Assembly: GCA_039933435.1 (NCBI GenBank)
Contig: JBDTOB010000001.1
Span: 1 to 41,624 of the forward strand
From: Acidobacteriota bacterium
GTDB lineage: Bacteria > Acidobacteriota > Vicinamibacteria > Vicinamibacterales > 2-12-FULL-66-21
Direction: 5' to 3'
Length of the DNA: 41,624 bases
Positions within the stretch are counted from its first letter, which is position 1. Every line of letters begins with the position of its first letter. The translations under genes were made by a program, and so were the position numbers. Below are positions 22,042 through 31,491 of the stretch, one piece after another. The notes under the pieces were generated by a model. It saw nothing but the letters and a program-made list of their open reading frames with translations. It did no database searches and was not told where the DNA came from.

Positions 22042-23271
22042 TCATCGAGGAAACCAATCGCGCGCCTTGACCCACGCAAGCCGTGTTTTCCAGAACAGGC
22101 TGCGCTCCATGTTCGCCGTTGTGTCAAGCGCCGCGGAGAGGCGCGATGCGAGATGCTCCATCTCCGCCCGGCTGCTCAACAGCTGCCCGCAAAGCTGTTC
22201 CTTTTCGGCTTCGAGGCCGGCGAGCTTGGTGCGGGCGGCCTCCCGCTCGCTGACACTTCCCTTCAGGGCCGGGCTCAGCGAACGCAGGTATTCGGCGACG
22301 GCGCGCCCGTCGGACCGAAGATCCTGACCCGGCCGGTAGCGCCAGTCAGCGATGACCGTCCGATAGAGCGAAAGCAGTTCATCGACGGCCGCGTCGCGCC
22401 CTGCGGTCGCCCGGATTCCGCCGGACACCGCCGCCGCATCGGCAGGATCGTAGCGATGGATCTCGGCCATGAGCCTGGCAGGCGTCAAACCGCTGCCCAG
22501 GGCGCGGATCCCGAAGTTCAGTCGGCGCAGCCTGTCGACATTCGACGTCGTCACCATCGGGCCCATGCCATTCGCGCCGACGAGGACGACGGCCGCGCCG
22601 ACCGCAAGAGCTTCGAGCGCAGAACGTGCCTTCGCGAACACGATGTCATACCCGCCCAGCACGGTTTCCGACACCACCGACGACCCATGCCCAAGCCCCG
22701 CTCCATCGAGGGAAACGCCGGCCTGGGCACACGCCTCCCTTACGACCGCTCCGTGGGGTCCGTTCTCATTGCAGAACAACAAGCCCCGCACCGGCCGTGG
22801 CGGAAGCGGCGAACGCTGCGGAAACCTCGCCAGATCGACGAAGTTCAGAAGCACCCGTACCCGTTCGTCCGGGATGCCGCCTTCACACACCAGCCGATCG
22901 CGACAGGTGTCGTCGACGGCGACGTATTGCAGAATGCTCGGGAATCGCGGCGCGGCTTCTTCCCAGGGCAGCCAGCCATGGCACACGTAGATGGCCGGAG
23001 TTCCGGCAAAGTGCAACACCGCCGTCATCGTCTCGAGGTGATGGTGGCCGTGAATGACGTCCGGGCTCGCGGCGAGCCTGTCGAGATCGTCGATCACCGG
23101 AATTGATGCCGCCCGGATCTCGGCCGCAACACGCCCGAGCGCTGGGCTGTACACGATTGGCCTATGGCCCCGCGCGAGGAGCGCGGTGGCGAGATCGCGG
23201 ACGTACAACTCCGAACCGGCGCGCGCCGACAGGTTGTGGTTGGTAATCAGTATGGTCAGGGCGTCTGTCAA
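22042..23271 (-). CDS. Glycosyltransferase, GT-B fold (GT4-type) with ~80-aa C-terminal coiled-coil tail
   Basis: TTG start at 23271 overlaps the upstream stop (TTGA). N-terminus ILITNHNLSARAGSELYVRDLATALLARGH. C-terminal heptad-like stretch EREAARTKLAGLEAEKEQLCGQLLSSRAEMEHLASRLSAAL. Confidence 0.75.
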   Translation of the reverse strand: MTDALTILITNHNLSARAGSELYVRDLATALLARGHRPIVYSPALGRVAAEIRAASIPVIDDLDRLAASPDVIHGHHHLETMTAVLHFAGTPAIYVCHGWLPWEEAAPRFPSILQYVAVDDTCRDRLVCEGGIPDERVRVLLNFVDLARFPQRSPLPPRPVRGLLFCNENGPHGAVVREACAQAGVSLDGAGLGHGSSVVSETVLGGYDIVFAKARSALEALAVGAAVVLVGANGMGPMVTTSNVDRLRRLNFGIRALGSGLTPARLMAEIHRYDPADAAAVSGGIRATAGRDAAVDELLSLYRTVIADWRYRPGQDLRSDGRAVAEYLRSLSPALKGSVSEREAARTKLAGLEAEKEQLCGQLLSSRAEMEHLASRLSAALDTTANMERSLFWKTRLAWVKARDWFPR

Positions 23272-24131
23272 CGCGAGCCGTCCCCCGTGCGCTGCAGAAC
23301 CTCCGAGAGCGGCAGAACGTGCTCGTGGTATCTGATCACGTGCGTGTAGGTCCCGGCGTCGACACGCTTTTCACCGTACTGCTCGTACTGGGGCGGAACC
23401 TTCGGGTCCCGCACCTGCGCGAAGTCACCAACACGCTGAAAGTATTCCTTCCCGAATGCATCGACGCCCCATGCATTCAGTGCAGCCGTGACTTCGCCGG
23501 CCATCTCGGCGTACCGGCGCGCGACCCGCAGTTTGCGCGCGAGCGCTGCCTCGTCCAGCGAGAGAGAAACGGCATCGCTCACGTCGCCGCCCGGCTGATC
23601 CGGTCGGCCGACAAGATTGAACGCGAAGTTTTCGACCGGCTTCTTGTCAATCCAGGTGGCCATCCGTACAGCGGCATCGATCACGAGCCTGCACACATCG
23701 TGGGTCGGGTTGTATCCCTCGGCGGCATCTCCGACTACGCAGTGGATGTCATCGTCGACGAGGGCACGCGCAAGCTCGCCGGCCAATCCCGTGAACACTG
23801 AATACCTATGATTCAGTATCGCGCGATAGAAAGCTGCGTCGCTGAACCGCCCGAAGATCGGGCCGCAAGTAGCACCCGCGCCCCGAACGACGGTGGCGGT
23901 CGAGGGCAGCCTGGACGCGGTGGTGCGGCCGGAGCCGTCGGTGAGAACGAAGACACGGGGACGCGCCCGCTCCAGCCACCCGTGCACGCGCAGCTCATGC
24001 CCGGGATGTGCGACGACGAGAGCGGCTGGCCCGACGGGGAGGGCCTGCCGGAGAGTTGACGCGCTCGTCGCGTTCATCGGTCGCGCGTGCGCAATGCCTC
24101 GAAACCGTTTTTCCGATACGTTCATGTCCAT
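23268..24131 (-). CDS. LmbE/PIG-L-like (de-N-acetylase fold) protein
   Basis: Start chosen at ATG 24131 (MDMNVSEK), 4 nt after GGTGGGGG; in-frame alternatives run up to GTG 24335. LVVAHPGHE occupies the place of the family motif AHPDDE. Other matches: VFVLTDGSG and EGYNPTHDVC (HxxH-like metal site). Confidence 0.5.
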   Translation of the reverse strand: MDMNVSEKRFRGIAHARPMNATSASTLRQALPVGPAALVVAHPGHELRVHGWLERARPRVFVLTDGSGRTTASRLPSTATVVRGAGATCGPIFGRFSDAAFYRAILNHRYSVFTGLAGELARALVDDDIHCVVGDAAEGYNPTHDVCRLVIDAAVRMATWIDKKPVENFAFNLVGRPDQPGGDVSDAVSLSLDEAALARKLRVARRYAEMAGEVTAALNAWGVDAFGKEYFQRVGDFAQVRDPKVPPQYEQYGEKRVDAGTYTHVIRYHEHVLPLSEVLQRTGDGSR

Positions 24132-24341
24132 TTCGCCCCCACCGCCCATCACGTCTGTCCCAGGTGTCACTCCCGATCGCGCGTCGCTCAGATCGAAACT
24201 CCGGAGCGGTAGTTCTTCGCAGAATCGGTTGCGCGGCACATCTGCAGGGACAGGTTCCGGAATGGTGGTCGTAAGATAGACCGCGGGCCGGTGAATCGCA
24301 ACCAGGAACCTGACGCGAATGGCCCGCCGGATCACCGTCGA

Positions 24342-25253
24342 TCAGGCTTCACGGCCTCGCTCGGTGCGCCACCACTCAATCGTTTCCGCGAGCCCACGGT
24401 CGAGCGACACCGCCGGGTGCCAGCCGACTTCGTCGCGGATCCTGGTAACGTCCGCGGTCAGCCGCGGCGGATCGTGCGGCGGCGGCGGGCGGGCGCCCAG
24501 CCGGATCAACGATTCGGCCTGCAGCAACTGTCCGATGCGGCGCACCACGTCGGCCACAGCGGCCGGGCTGCCGGAGGCGATGTTGACCGGCCCTTCCACA
24601 TCGCTTGCAAGGATGGCGGCGAAGGCGTCGGCGACGTCCTGGACATGCAGGAAATCCCGCACCTGGGTGCCCGCCGAGCACTGCGCCTCGCGCCCCGCCA
24701 GCAGCGCCAGAATCACCGACGGCACCAGACGGTCCGGATGCTCCAAGGGGCCGTAGAGATGGAAGACCCGACCCCACGACGCCGACAGACGGCCGCGCGC
24801 AAATCCCTCGAGCACCGCGTGAAAAGCGTGCTTGGCGCTGCCGTAGAGCGTCCCCGGGCGAAGCCGGGTCGTCCGCTCATCGCAATCATCCGCTGCCACC
24901 GCATACTCGGCGCACGAGCCGGCGCCGACGAAGCGCTCACCGCCCTGGTCGGCAAACGCCCGCAGCAGCTCGATGCTCACCTGCACCCAGGAGAGGTTCT
25001 GCGGTGACGTCCAGAACTCCCCCGGCGTCGCGCACCACGCCAGGTGCAGGAGATGCGTCGGCCGGACGGTCTCGATCAGCCGGGCGCCAGCTCCCGGCAC
25101 CAGCAGATCGGCCTGGTGCCACTCGGCCACGCCGGCCGCCGCCGGCCGCGCCCGGGAGCTGACCGCATGCACCTCGAACGGCAGGGCGCCGAGCGGCCGC
25201 AGGCAATGGCGTCCGATGAAGCCGCTCGCGCCCGTCAGCAGCACCCGCGTCAT
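24342..25253 (-). CDS. NAD(P)-dependent extended SDR (NDP-sugar epimerase/reductase); probable NDP-4-ketohexose reductase
   Basis: ATG overlaps the upstream stop (ATGA). Motifs: VLLTGASGFIGRH and catalytic YGSAK. The operon position after the epimerase suggests the reductase role. Confidence 0.8.
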   Translation of the reverse strand: MTRVLLTGASGFIGRHCLRPLGALPFEVHAVSSRARPAAAGVAEWHQADLLVPGAGARLIETVRPTHLLHLAWCATPGEFWTSPQNLSWVQVSIELLRAFADQGGERFVGAGSCAEYAVAADDCDERTTRLRPGTLYGSAKHAFHAVLEGFARGRLSASWGRVFHLYGPLEHPDRLVPSVILALLAGREAQCSAGTQVRDFLHVQDVADAFAAILASDVEGPVNIASGSPAAVADVVRRIGQLLQAESLIRLGARPPPPHDPPRLTADVTRIRDEVGWHPAVSLDRGLAETIEWWRTERGREA

Positions 25254-25780
25254 CGCTGGAAATCCGGGTAGGTTCGGTCGCGCTCGTTGATGGTGCGGGT
25301 GTCGTCCGGCCAGGCGATGCCAAAAGCGGGATCGTTCCAGCGCACGCCGCGGCCATGCTGGGGGCTGTACGCCTGGCTGATGGCGTAGAGCACCTCGCTA
25401 TCGCCGCGGAGAGTCTGGAACCCGTGGGCCAGGCCCTCCGGGATGTAGAGCATGCGGTGGTTGTCGGCGCTCAGCTCGCAGGCGACCGATTGCAGGAAGG
25501 TCGGCGAGTCGCGCCGCAGATCCAGGGCGACGTCGTAGATCGCCCCCTGGGTGCAGCGCACGATCTTGACTTCGGCCATCGGCGCCGCCTGGTAGTGCAT
25601 GCCGCGAAGCGTGCCGCGGCGCCGGTTGAACGACGCGCTCATGTGCGCCAGGCGCGGATCCAGTCCCCTGGCACGGAGCTCGTCGGGGTTCCAGAGGCGC
25701 GCAAAGAAGCCGCGCTCATCCTCCACCCGCTCCGGCTCGATGATGCAAACCCCGGCAATCTCCGTGTCGTGGAAAATCAT
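25250..25780 (-). CDS. NDP-4-keto-6-deoxyhexose 3,5-epimerase (RmlC-like cupin)
   Basis: 176 aa. Motifs: EDERGFFARLW, GTLRGMHYQ, KIVRCTQGAIYDVALDLR, YIPEGLAHGF. Nucleotide specificity (CDP or dTDP) cannot be read from the sequence. Confidence 0.85.
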   Translation of the reverse strand: MIFHDTEIAGVCIIEPERVEDERGFFARLWNPDELRARGLDPRLAHMSASFNRRRGTLRGMHYQAAPMAEVKIVRCTQGAIYDVALDLRRDSPTFLQSVACELSADNHRMLYIPEGLAHGFQTLRGDSEVLYAISQAYSPQHGRGVRWNDPAFGIAWPDDTRTINERDRTYPDFQR

Positions 25781-25788
25781 GCCCCGGC

Positions 25789-27015
25789 CTAGACGACGCG
25801 AACCTCCGGGACCGGGATGATGAAGCGCCCGCCGGTGCGCCGGAATTCCTCCTGCTGTTCGAGGATCTCCTCTGCGAAATTCCAGGTGAGGAGCAGCACC
25901 AGATCCGGGCGCTCCTGCAGCAGGCGCGCCGTCTCGTAGATCGGCAGGTGCACGCCCGGCATGTAGCGGCCCTGCTTGTGAGGGCTGCGATCGACGACAT
26001 AGTCGAGGACGTCCCGGCCGATGCCGAAATAGTTGAGCAGCGTGCTGCCCTTCGCCGCGGCGCCATAGGCGGCGATCCGCTTGCCTTCGGCCTTGAGCCC
26101 GGTCAGCAGCGACACCAGCGACGATTTCAACTCGTTGACGGCGCCGGCGAAGCCCTCGTAGAACTTGAGGTTGGTCACTCCCCAGGCCGCTTCCTCGGCC
26201 AGCAGGCGGCCGACCGACGGCGACGCGGCAGGCCCCGTCGTGAGCCCGACCGTCACCCGCAGCGAGCCGCCATGAATCGCAATCCGTTCGACGTCCAGCA
26301 CTCGCAGCCCCCAGGTCGTGAAGAGCCGGTCGAGCGCGGTCAGCGAGAAATAGCTCAGGTGTTCGTGATAGATGGTGTCGAACTCGCGGTGATCGATGAG
26401 GTCCTTGACGTACGGCACCTCGATGATCGCCACACCGTCGTCTTTCAGCAGCGCCGCCAGCCCCCGTGCAAAGCCGGGGAGGTCCGGCACGTGCGCCATC
26501 ACGTTGTTGGCGTGGACCACGTCCGCCGCGTGGCCGTCGGCGCGCAGCGACCGCGCCAGCGACTCGCCGAAGAAGTCCACCACGGTGCGGATGCCGTTGG
26601 CCTCGGCGACCCTGGCGATGTTGGCCGCCGGCTCGATGCCCAGCACCGGCACGCCGGCGCGGCGGTAGTACTGCAGCAGGTAGCCGTCGTTGCTGGCAAC
26701 CTCGACGACGAGGCTGTCGCCGCCGAGCCCGCGGCTGCGAATCACCTGGCCGGCTAGGGTTTCGGCGTGCCGCAGCATGGTGTCGCTGAACGACGAAAAA
26801 TACGCGTAATCCGAGAACAGCCTGGCGGGCGGCACCGTCTCGGTGATCTGCACGAGAGTGCAGTCCTCGCAGAAGACCAGGTCGAGCGGATACCTGGCTT
26901 CGTCGGCCTCGAGATCATTCGGCCCGAGCAATGCGTTGGCCAGCGGTGTCTGGCCGAGCGACAGCACCAACGGCACCCGGGTCCCGCCGCACGCCCGGCA
27001 GCAAAACCGGGTCAT
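25789..27015 (-). CDS. NDP-hexose C-methyltransferase (TylCIII/KijD1-type: Cys4 zinc motif, SAM domain, C-terminal domain)
   Basis: ATG 27015 overlaps the rfbG-like stop (ATGA). CCRACGG..(x)..FCEDCTLVQ gives four Cys. SAM-binding region: [14 protein letters not shown]. The C-terminal domain ends [12 protein letters not shown]. The tracked ORF upstream of 27015 is out-of-frame shadow. Confidence 0.8.
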   Translation of the reverse strand: MTRFCCRACGGTRVPLVLSLGQTPLANALLGPNDLEADEARYPLDLVFCEDCTLVQITETVPPARLFSDYAYFSSFSDTMLRHAETLAGQVIRSRGLGGDSLVVEVASNDGYLLQYYRRAGVPVLGIEPAANIARVAEANGIRTVVDFFGESLARSLRADGHAADVVHANNVMAHVPDLPGFARGLAALLKDDGVAIIEVPYVKDLIDHREFDTIYHEHLSYFSLTALDRLFTTWGLRVLDVERIAIHGGSLRVTVGLTTGPAASPSVGRLLAEEAAWGVTNLKFYEGFAGAVNELKSSLVSLLTGLKAEGKRIAAYGAAAKGSTLLNYFGIGRDVLDYVVDRSPHKQGRYMPGVHLPIYETARLLQERPDLVLLLTWNFAEEILEQQEEFRRTGGRFIIPVPEVRVV

Positions 27016-28004
27016 CGGCTCCCCCCGAGGAACGTCCGGTACCAGTCGATGGTACGGGCCAGACCGTCGCCGAGGTCGTAGAGCGGATGCCAGCCGAGCA
27101 GCCGGCGCGCCTTCTCGGCGCTGAGATACTGATGGCGGATTTCGTGCGTCGCCAGATTGTGAACGTCCGGCTCGAGGGGCGAGTCCATCAGTTGCAGAAT
27201 GCGGCGCGTCAGATCGAGCACGGTGACCTGGAGCTCGTTGGAAAAGTTGAACGCATGCCCTCGCAGCTCTGGCGACGCGGCCAGCCGCTCGGCGAGCAGG
27301 GTGTACACGGCGGCACCATCCTCGACGTAGAAGTAATCGCGGATGTAATTGCCGTCGGATCGAATCACCGGCCGCTCGCCGCGGATGGCCGACCGTATGG
27401 TACCCGGGACGATGCGATTCCAGTTGAGATCGCCGCCGCCATAGAAATTGCCGCAGCGCGTGATCACAACCGGAGTGCCATAGGTATTGGCATAGGTCTG
27501 GGCGATCAAGTCCGCGCACGACTTGCTGACGTCGTAGGGATGGGTGCCCTTGAGCGCCGTTTGCTCGTCGTAGGGCAGCACCTTGGACTCGCCATACGCC
27601 TTGTCGGACGAGGCCAAGACGATTTGTTTGACGGACGGGCTGCGGCGGCAGGCCTCCAGCAGCGCCCACGTGCCCCTGATGTTCGAATCAAAGGTCGAGA
27701 CCGGATTGCGATTGGCGATGCCGACGATGGTCTGGGCGGCAAGATGGATCACCGTGTCCACCTCGTGCTCGCCCAGCAGACGCTCGAGCGCCGCCTGCTG
27801 CCGCACATCGCCGCGGACCACGGTCACACCGCCGATGGCGCCGCTGCGCACCAGTTCGCTCTGCGGCACCCAGTCGCGCACAAGGGTGATGACGTTGGCT
27901 TCGAGCGCCTGGAGGCGCTTCACCAGCCAGCCGCCGACCAGCCCCGTGGCTCCGGTGACCAGGGTCGGGCGATCGCGCCAGAACGCCCGGGACGCCGCGG
28001 TCAT
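27012..28004 (-). CDS. rfbG: CDP-glucose 4,6-dehydratase-like SDR
   Basis: ATG 28004 lies 4 nt after GGAG. Motifs: [56 protein letters not shown]. It lies in an operon with rfbF. Confidence 0.75.
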   Translation of the reverse strand: MTAASRAFWRDRPTLVTGATGLVGGWLVKRLQALEANVITLVRDWVPQSELVRSGAIGGVTVVRGDVRQQAALERLLGEHEVDTVIHLAAQTIVGIANRNPVSTFDSNIRGTWALLEACRRSPSVKQIVLASSDKAYGESKVLPYDEQTALKGTHPYDVSKSCADLIAQTYANTYGTPVVITRCGNFYGGGDLNWNRIVPGTIRSAIRGERPVIRSDGNYIRDYFYVEDGAAVYTLLAERLAASPELRGHAFNFSNELQVTVLDLTRRILQLMDSPLEPDVHNLATHEIRHQYLSAEKARRLLGWHPLYDLGDGLARTIDWYRTFLGGSR

Positions 28005-28012
28005 CGGCTCCG

Positions 28013-28462
28013 TCACCGCGCCACCGTGACCGTGATCGACCCGAGATCGCGGGTGGCGCCCGCGCCGTCGACGGCCTGCGCGAGCAGCGTGTGCGCGCCA
28101 GGCTCCAGCCTCAGCTGCGCCGTCCAGCCGTGGCGGTCCGACTGCCGCGAAAACGCCGGCACCGCGGCGGAGACGTCCGGGCGGTCCACCGTCAGCTCGG
28201 TCGATTGCACGAAATGACTGTCGACATAGAGGCGAACGGCGGCCACGCCGACGTCGTCCATGGCCCATCCCGACGCCGTCAGCTCGCGCGCCACGGACGC
28301 CTTGTCGGCTGGAGCGTCGAGGACCCCGAAGGGCAGCTGATTGGTGGCCTCCGGAGGAGGACAGCCGGCGATGCCGGACGGCGCATTGCGGCTCCCGCAG
28401 CCGCCGACCACCATCATCAGCGCGGCGAACACCATGCCGAAGCGACTTACCACTTTTTCCAT
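28013..28462 (-). CDS. Small lipoprotein carrying one 'GWA...RPDV' beta-sandwich module
   Basis: ATG 28462 follows GGGGGAGCGGA and overlaps the rfbF 3' end by 16 nt. Signal and lipobox: [21 protein letters not shown]|C. The body ([46 protein letters not shown]) resembles the C-terminal modules of the 947- and 907-aa proteins. Confidence 0.75.
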   Translation of the reverse strand: MEKVVSRFGMVFAALMMVVGGCGSRNAPSGIAGCPPPEATNQLPFGVLDAPADKASVARELTASGWAMDDVGVAAVRLYVDSHFVQSTELTVDRPDVSAAVPAFSRQSDRHGWTAQLRLEPGAHTLLAQAVDGAGATRDLGSITVTVAR

Positions 28463-29241
28463 TCCGCTCCCCCTGCGTCCCACAGCTGGTTCAGCTGCTG
28501 GTAATCCCGGTATGTGTCCATGCACTGCCAGAAGCCACTGTGCTGATACACCGACAGCTGCCCTTCCGCCGCCAGGCGCTCCAACGGCTCGCGCTCCAAG
28601 ATGCATCCGGCGTCGTCGCTGAGGTAGTCCAGCATCCGGCGGTCGCAGACGAAGAAGCCGCCATTGATCAGCCCGTCGTGGGTCTGGGGTTTCTCGCTAA
28701 ACTGCTGAACCCGGCCGCCGCTGACGAGCAGCTCGCCGAAGCGCGAGCTCGGATGCACGCCGGTGACGGTGGCGATGGTGTCGGCCTGCGCGTGATGATC
28801 GAGCAGCCGGCTGAGATCGACGTCGCTGACCCCGTCGCCATAGGTCAGCATGAACGGGTTGCTGGTGATGTAGCGGCTGGCCCGCTTGACGCGGCCGCCG
28901 GTCATGGTCTGCAGACCGGTGTCGATCAGCGTCACGCGCCAGCCGTTCTCCTCGTGCCCGTCGTGAATCGTAATCGACTCGCGCTTCCCCAACTCGACCG
29001 TGAAATCGTTGTTCATCGCCTCGTAGTTGAGGAAGTAATCCTTGATGATCTCCCCCTTGTAGCCGAGGCAGACAATGAAGTCGGTGAATCCGTGCGCAGC
29101 GTAGCTTTTCATGATGTGCCAGAGGATCGGCCGGCCGCCGATCTCGACCATTGGCTTAGGACGGTATTCCGTCTCCTCGCGCATCCGTGTCCCCATGCCG
29201 CCGCAGAGGATCACTGTCTGGACGTTGTTCTTTTTCAACAC
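28447..29241 (-). CDS. rfbF: Glucose-1-phosphate cytidylyltransferase
   Basis: GTG 29241 lies 1 nt after the upstream TGA. Motifs: [70 protein letters not shown]. Confidence 0.9.
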   Translation of the reverse strand: MLKKNNVQTVILCGGMGTRMREETEYRPKPMVEIGGRPILWHIMKSYAAHGFTDFIVCLGYKGEIIKDYFLNYEAMNNDFTVELGKRESITIHDGHEENGWRVTLIDTGLQTMTGGRVKRASRYITSNPFMLTYGDGVSDVDLSRLLDHHAQADTIATVTGVHPSSRFGELLVSGGRVQQFSEKPQTHDGLINGGFFVCDRRMLDYLSDDAGCILEREPLERLAAEGQLSVYQHSGFWQCMDTYRDYQQLNQLWDAGGAEWKKW

Positions 29242-29242
29242 A

Positions 29243-31444
29243 TCACCTGTCGTTGCCGGGGTCGGCGACGCGACAATCCGCGAAGTCGCGGCTCTGATTG
29301 GGGTTGTAGTAGGGATCGCGATCGAGGTCTCCCTGCCAGAGCTCGCGCATCGCCGCGATCTCGTCTTCGCGCTGGGCGCGCATCCCGAAGCTGGCGGACT
29401 CATGATGATACAGCCGCGCGTAGGGCGTGAACACGATCCGATACCCGGCACGGCGCACCCGCAGACAGAAGTCGACGTCGTTGAAATCCACTCGGAGGCG
29501 CGGGTTGAAGCCGCCGACCTCGGCATAAATGGTCCGTCGCGTCAGCAGGCAGGCACCGGTCACCGCCGAGCAGTTTCGTATGGCATGCGCGATCCCGTCG
29601 CACCCCCGGGTTCCGCCGGGCTGCTGGTGGAGCAGGTGGGCGGCGACGCCGGACACCCCGATCGCCACCCCGGCGTGCTGCAAGCGACCGTCAGGATAGA
29701 ACAACTTCGCTCCAACCGCCCCCACCTCTTTCAGTTGCGCGTATTCTACCATCGCCGACAGCCAGTCCCGATTGATTGGCTCGACGTCGTCATTCAACAA
29801 CAGGACATACGGCGACGCGGCTCTGACGACCGCGAAATTGATTTTTTCCGAGAAGTTGAACGGCGGCTGATACGAGTAGCTGACGCGCGTGTGAGGCAGG
29901 TGATCGAGGAGCCTTCGGGCCTGCTCGGGCAGGTAGCCGTTGTCCGCCACCAGCACCTCATAGTCCTCGTAAGACGTGCGCTCGAGGAGCCCCCGAAGGC
30001 AACGCACGAGCAGCGGTTCGCTTTCGCCGGGAGCCGAACGCCCGTCGGTGGGAATGACGATGGTGACGCGGGCGCCGGGCAGGATGCGGTGACGCGTCCG
30101 CCGGACGCCCGCCACCGCCCCGTCGCTGACCTCGACGTCGGCGCCCTGCTCCCGCCAGTAGTCCGCGAGCGCCCGCGCCGCGTCGGGATGGGTGGAGGCG
30201 CTGAGGTCCTCGTTGCCGGAGGCCCGGTGGTAGAGCACGCGCGGGACGTGGCCGACGCGGTGGCGCGAAGCGACGCGCAGGGCCAGATCGTAATCGAGCG
30301 CCCCGGCGAACGCCTCCCGGTAGCCTCCGGTCGAGCGGACGACAGTACGCCGCACGACCGTCAGCCGGCCGAAGTACATCCGCGACTGCAGGTATTCCGG
30401 CGACCAGCCGGGCTTGAAATGGGGACTCTGATGCGCGCCGGACTCGGTCTGCTCGTCTTCGTCCGAATAGAGCAGGTCGAGATCGGGTTCGTCGTTCAGC
30501 CGCGCCGCGATTTCGTGCAGCGCCTGCGGGGCCAGCCCATCGCCGGCCGCCAGCGTCCCGACAAAGTCCGCGGCAGTGGCGTCGAGCGCGGCGTTCAAGG
30601 CAGCCACCGGCGTGGCTGCGTCGGGCAGCCTCCGGCGATGGCGCGGCGGCAGGACGTCCTCGGTCAACGCCGACCATGCCGCAGCCGATAGCCAGACTTC
30701 CCAGTCCTGATAAATCTGGCTCAGCAGCGAGTGGACCGTCCGGGTCAGCTGTTCGTCCGCACCGTCGCCGAGAAAGAGCGCGATCCTGGGCCGGACGGCC
30801 AGCCCCGCCGCGCGCAGGCTGACCAGCTCCGCGGCGCCGGGGGCGCTCCTGGCGAACCAGCGCGCGTAGGCGGCCGGCCCCGCGGCTGCGTCGTGCTGCC
30901 GCAACCGCTGGAGTGTGCCGCGCACACCGTAGGCTCGCAGCGCGAACGCGACCGTCCGGCGCAGCTCGCGCGGGACCTTTCGCCAAAGAAGCGTCGGCTC
31001 TCCCCACCAGACGTTCAGCGCTGGAGCGCCTGATTCGGCGCGCGCCTGGAGGGTGATCGCCTGAGGTCCGGCGGGTATTGGCAGGCGCAGCCGCTGCCAG
31101 CGTCCGGGCCCGGTTTCGACGACGCTGTCCGTTGCCTGAGCCGAGCGGCCGTCAGCGGCGACCGCCGCCGCGAAGCGGACCGTCGCGGAGGGATCGCCGA
31201 CCACCGCACAATGGACGACGAGGACGGCGCGCCGCGGCATCCTGGTGCGAAACACCAGCTCCGAGGGCAGCGCCGCGTGCAATGCCTCACGGGAAACGCC
31301 CCCGAGGGTGACGAGCTCGGGCGCGACGGCCGAGGCGTCCGACGCTCCTTCGATGAGCAGCTCGAGGGGTCGCCGTTGGAAAAACAGGGTGCGGAGCGTC
31401 GACCTGCCGCGATGAAACAAATGATGGAGCAACGCGCCGGCCAT
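29243..31444 (-). CDS. Multidomain glycosyltransferase: N-terminal beta-rich domain plus GT2 A-B didomain (A-type domain lacks DxD)
   Basis: ATG 31444 is preferred over TTG 31480 because it leaves a divergent intergenic gap. A domain: IALFLGDG..LAAGDGL..LLYSDEDE..HFKPGWSPE. B domain: VTIVIPTDG..VLVADNG..FNFSEKINF..LLLNDDVE..GAVGAKLFYPDGRLQHAG..NDVDFCLR. Confidence 0.8.
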   Translation of the reverse strand: MAGALLHHLFHRGRSTLRTLFFQRRPLELLIEGASDASAVAPELVTLGGVSREALHAALPSELVFRTRMPRRAVLVVHCAVVGDPSATVRFAAAVAADGRSAQATDSVVETGPGRWQRLRLPIPAGPQAITLQARAESGAPALNVWWGEPTLLWRKVPRELRRTVAFALRAYGVRGTLQRLRQHDAAAGPAAYARWFARSAPGAAELVSLRAAGLAVRPRIALFLGDGADEQLTRTVHSLLSQIYQDWEVWLSAAAWSALTEDVLPPRHRRRLPDAATPVAALNAALDATAADFVGTLAAGDGLAPQALHEIAARLNDEPDLDLLYSDEDEQTESGAHQSPHFKPGWSPEYLQSRMYFGRLTVVRRTVVRSTGGYREAFAGALDYDLALRVASRHRVGHVPRVLYHRASGNEDLSASTHPDAARALADYWREQGADVEVSDGAVAGVRRTRHRILPGARVTIVIPTDGRSAPGESEPLLVRCLRGLLERTSYEDYEVLVADNGYLPEQARRLLDHLPHTRVSYSYQPPFNFSEKINFAVVRAASPYVLLLNDDVEPINRDWLSAMVEYAQLKEVGAVGAKLFYPDGRLQHAGVAIGVSGVAAHLLHQQPGGTRGCDGIAHAIRNCSAVTGACLLTRRTIYAEVGGFNPRLRVDFNDVDFCLRVRRAGYRIVFTPYARLYHHESASFGMRAQREDEIAAMRELWQGDLDRDPYYNPNQSRDFADCRVADPGNDR

Positions 31445-31491
31445 TCTAGCACCCGCCTGCTTCCGACATTTCGACGGCAACCAAGCTTCCA

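Noticed and set aside
20831-23106. Plus-strand ORFs 20831..21778 (315 aa) and 21889..23106 (405 aa)
   Set aside because: They are antisense to the O-methyltransferase-like and GT4 genes, which have RBS-supported starts and family motifs. The plus-strand translations are Arg/His/Pro-rich and featureless.
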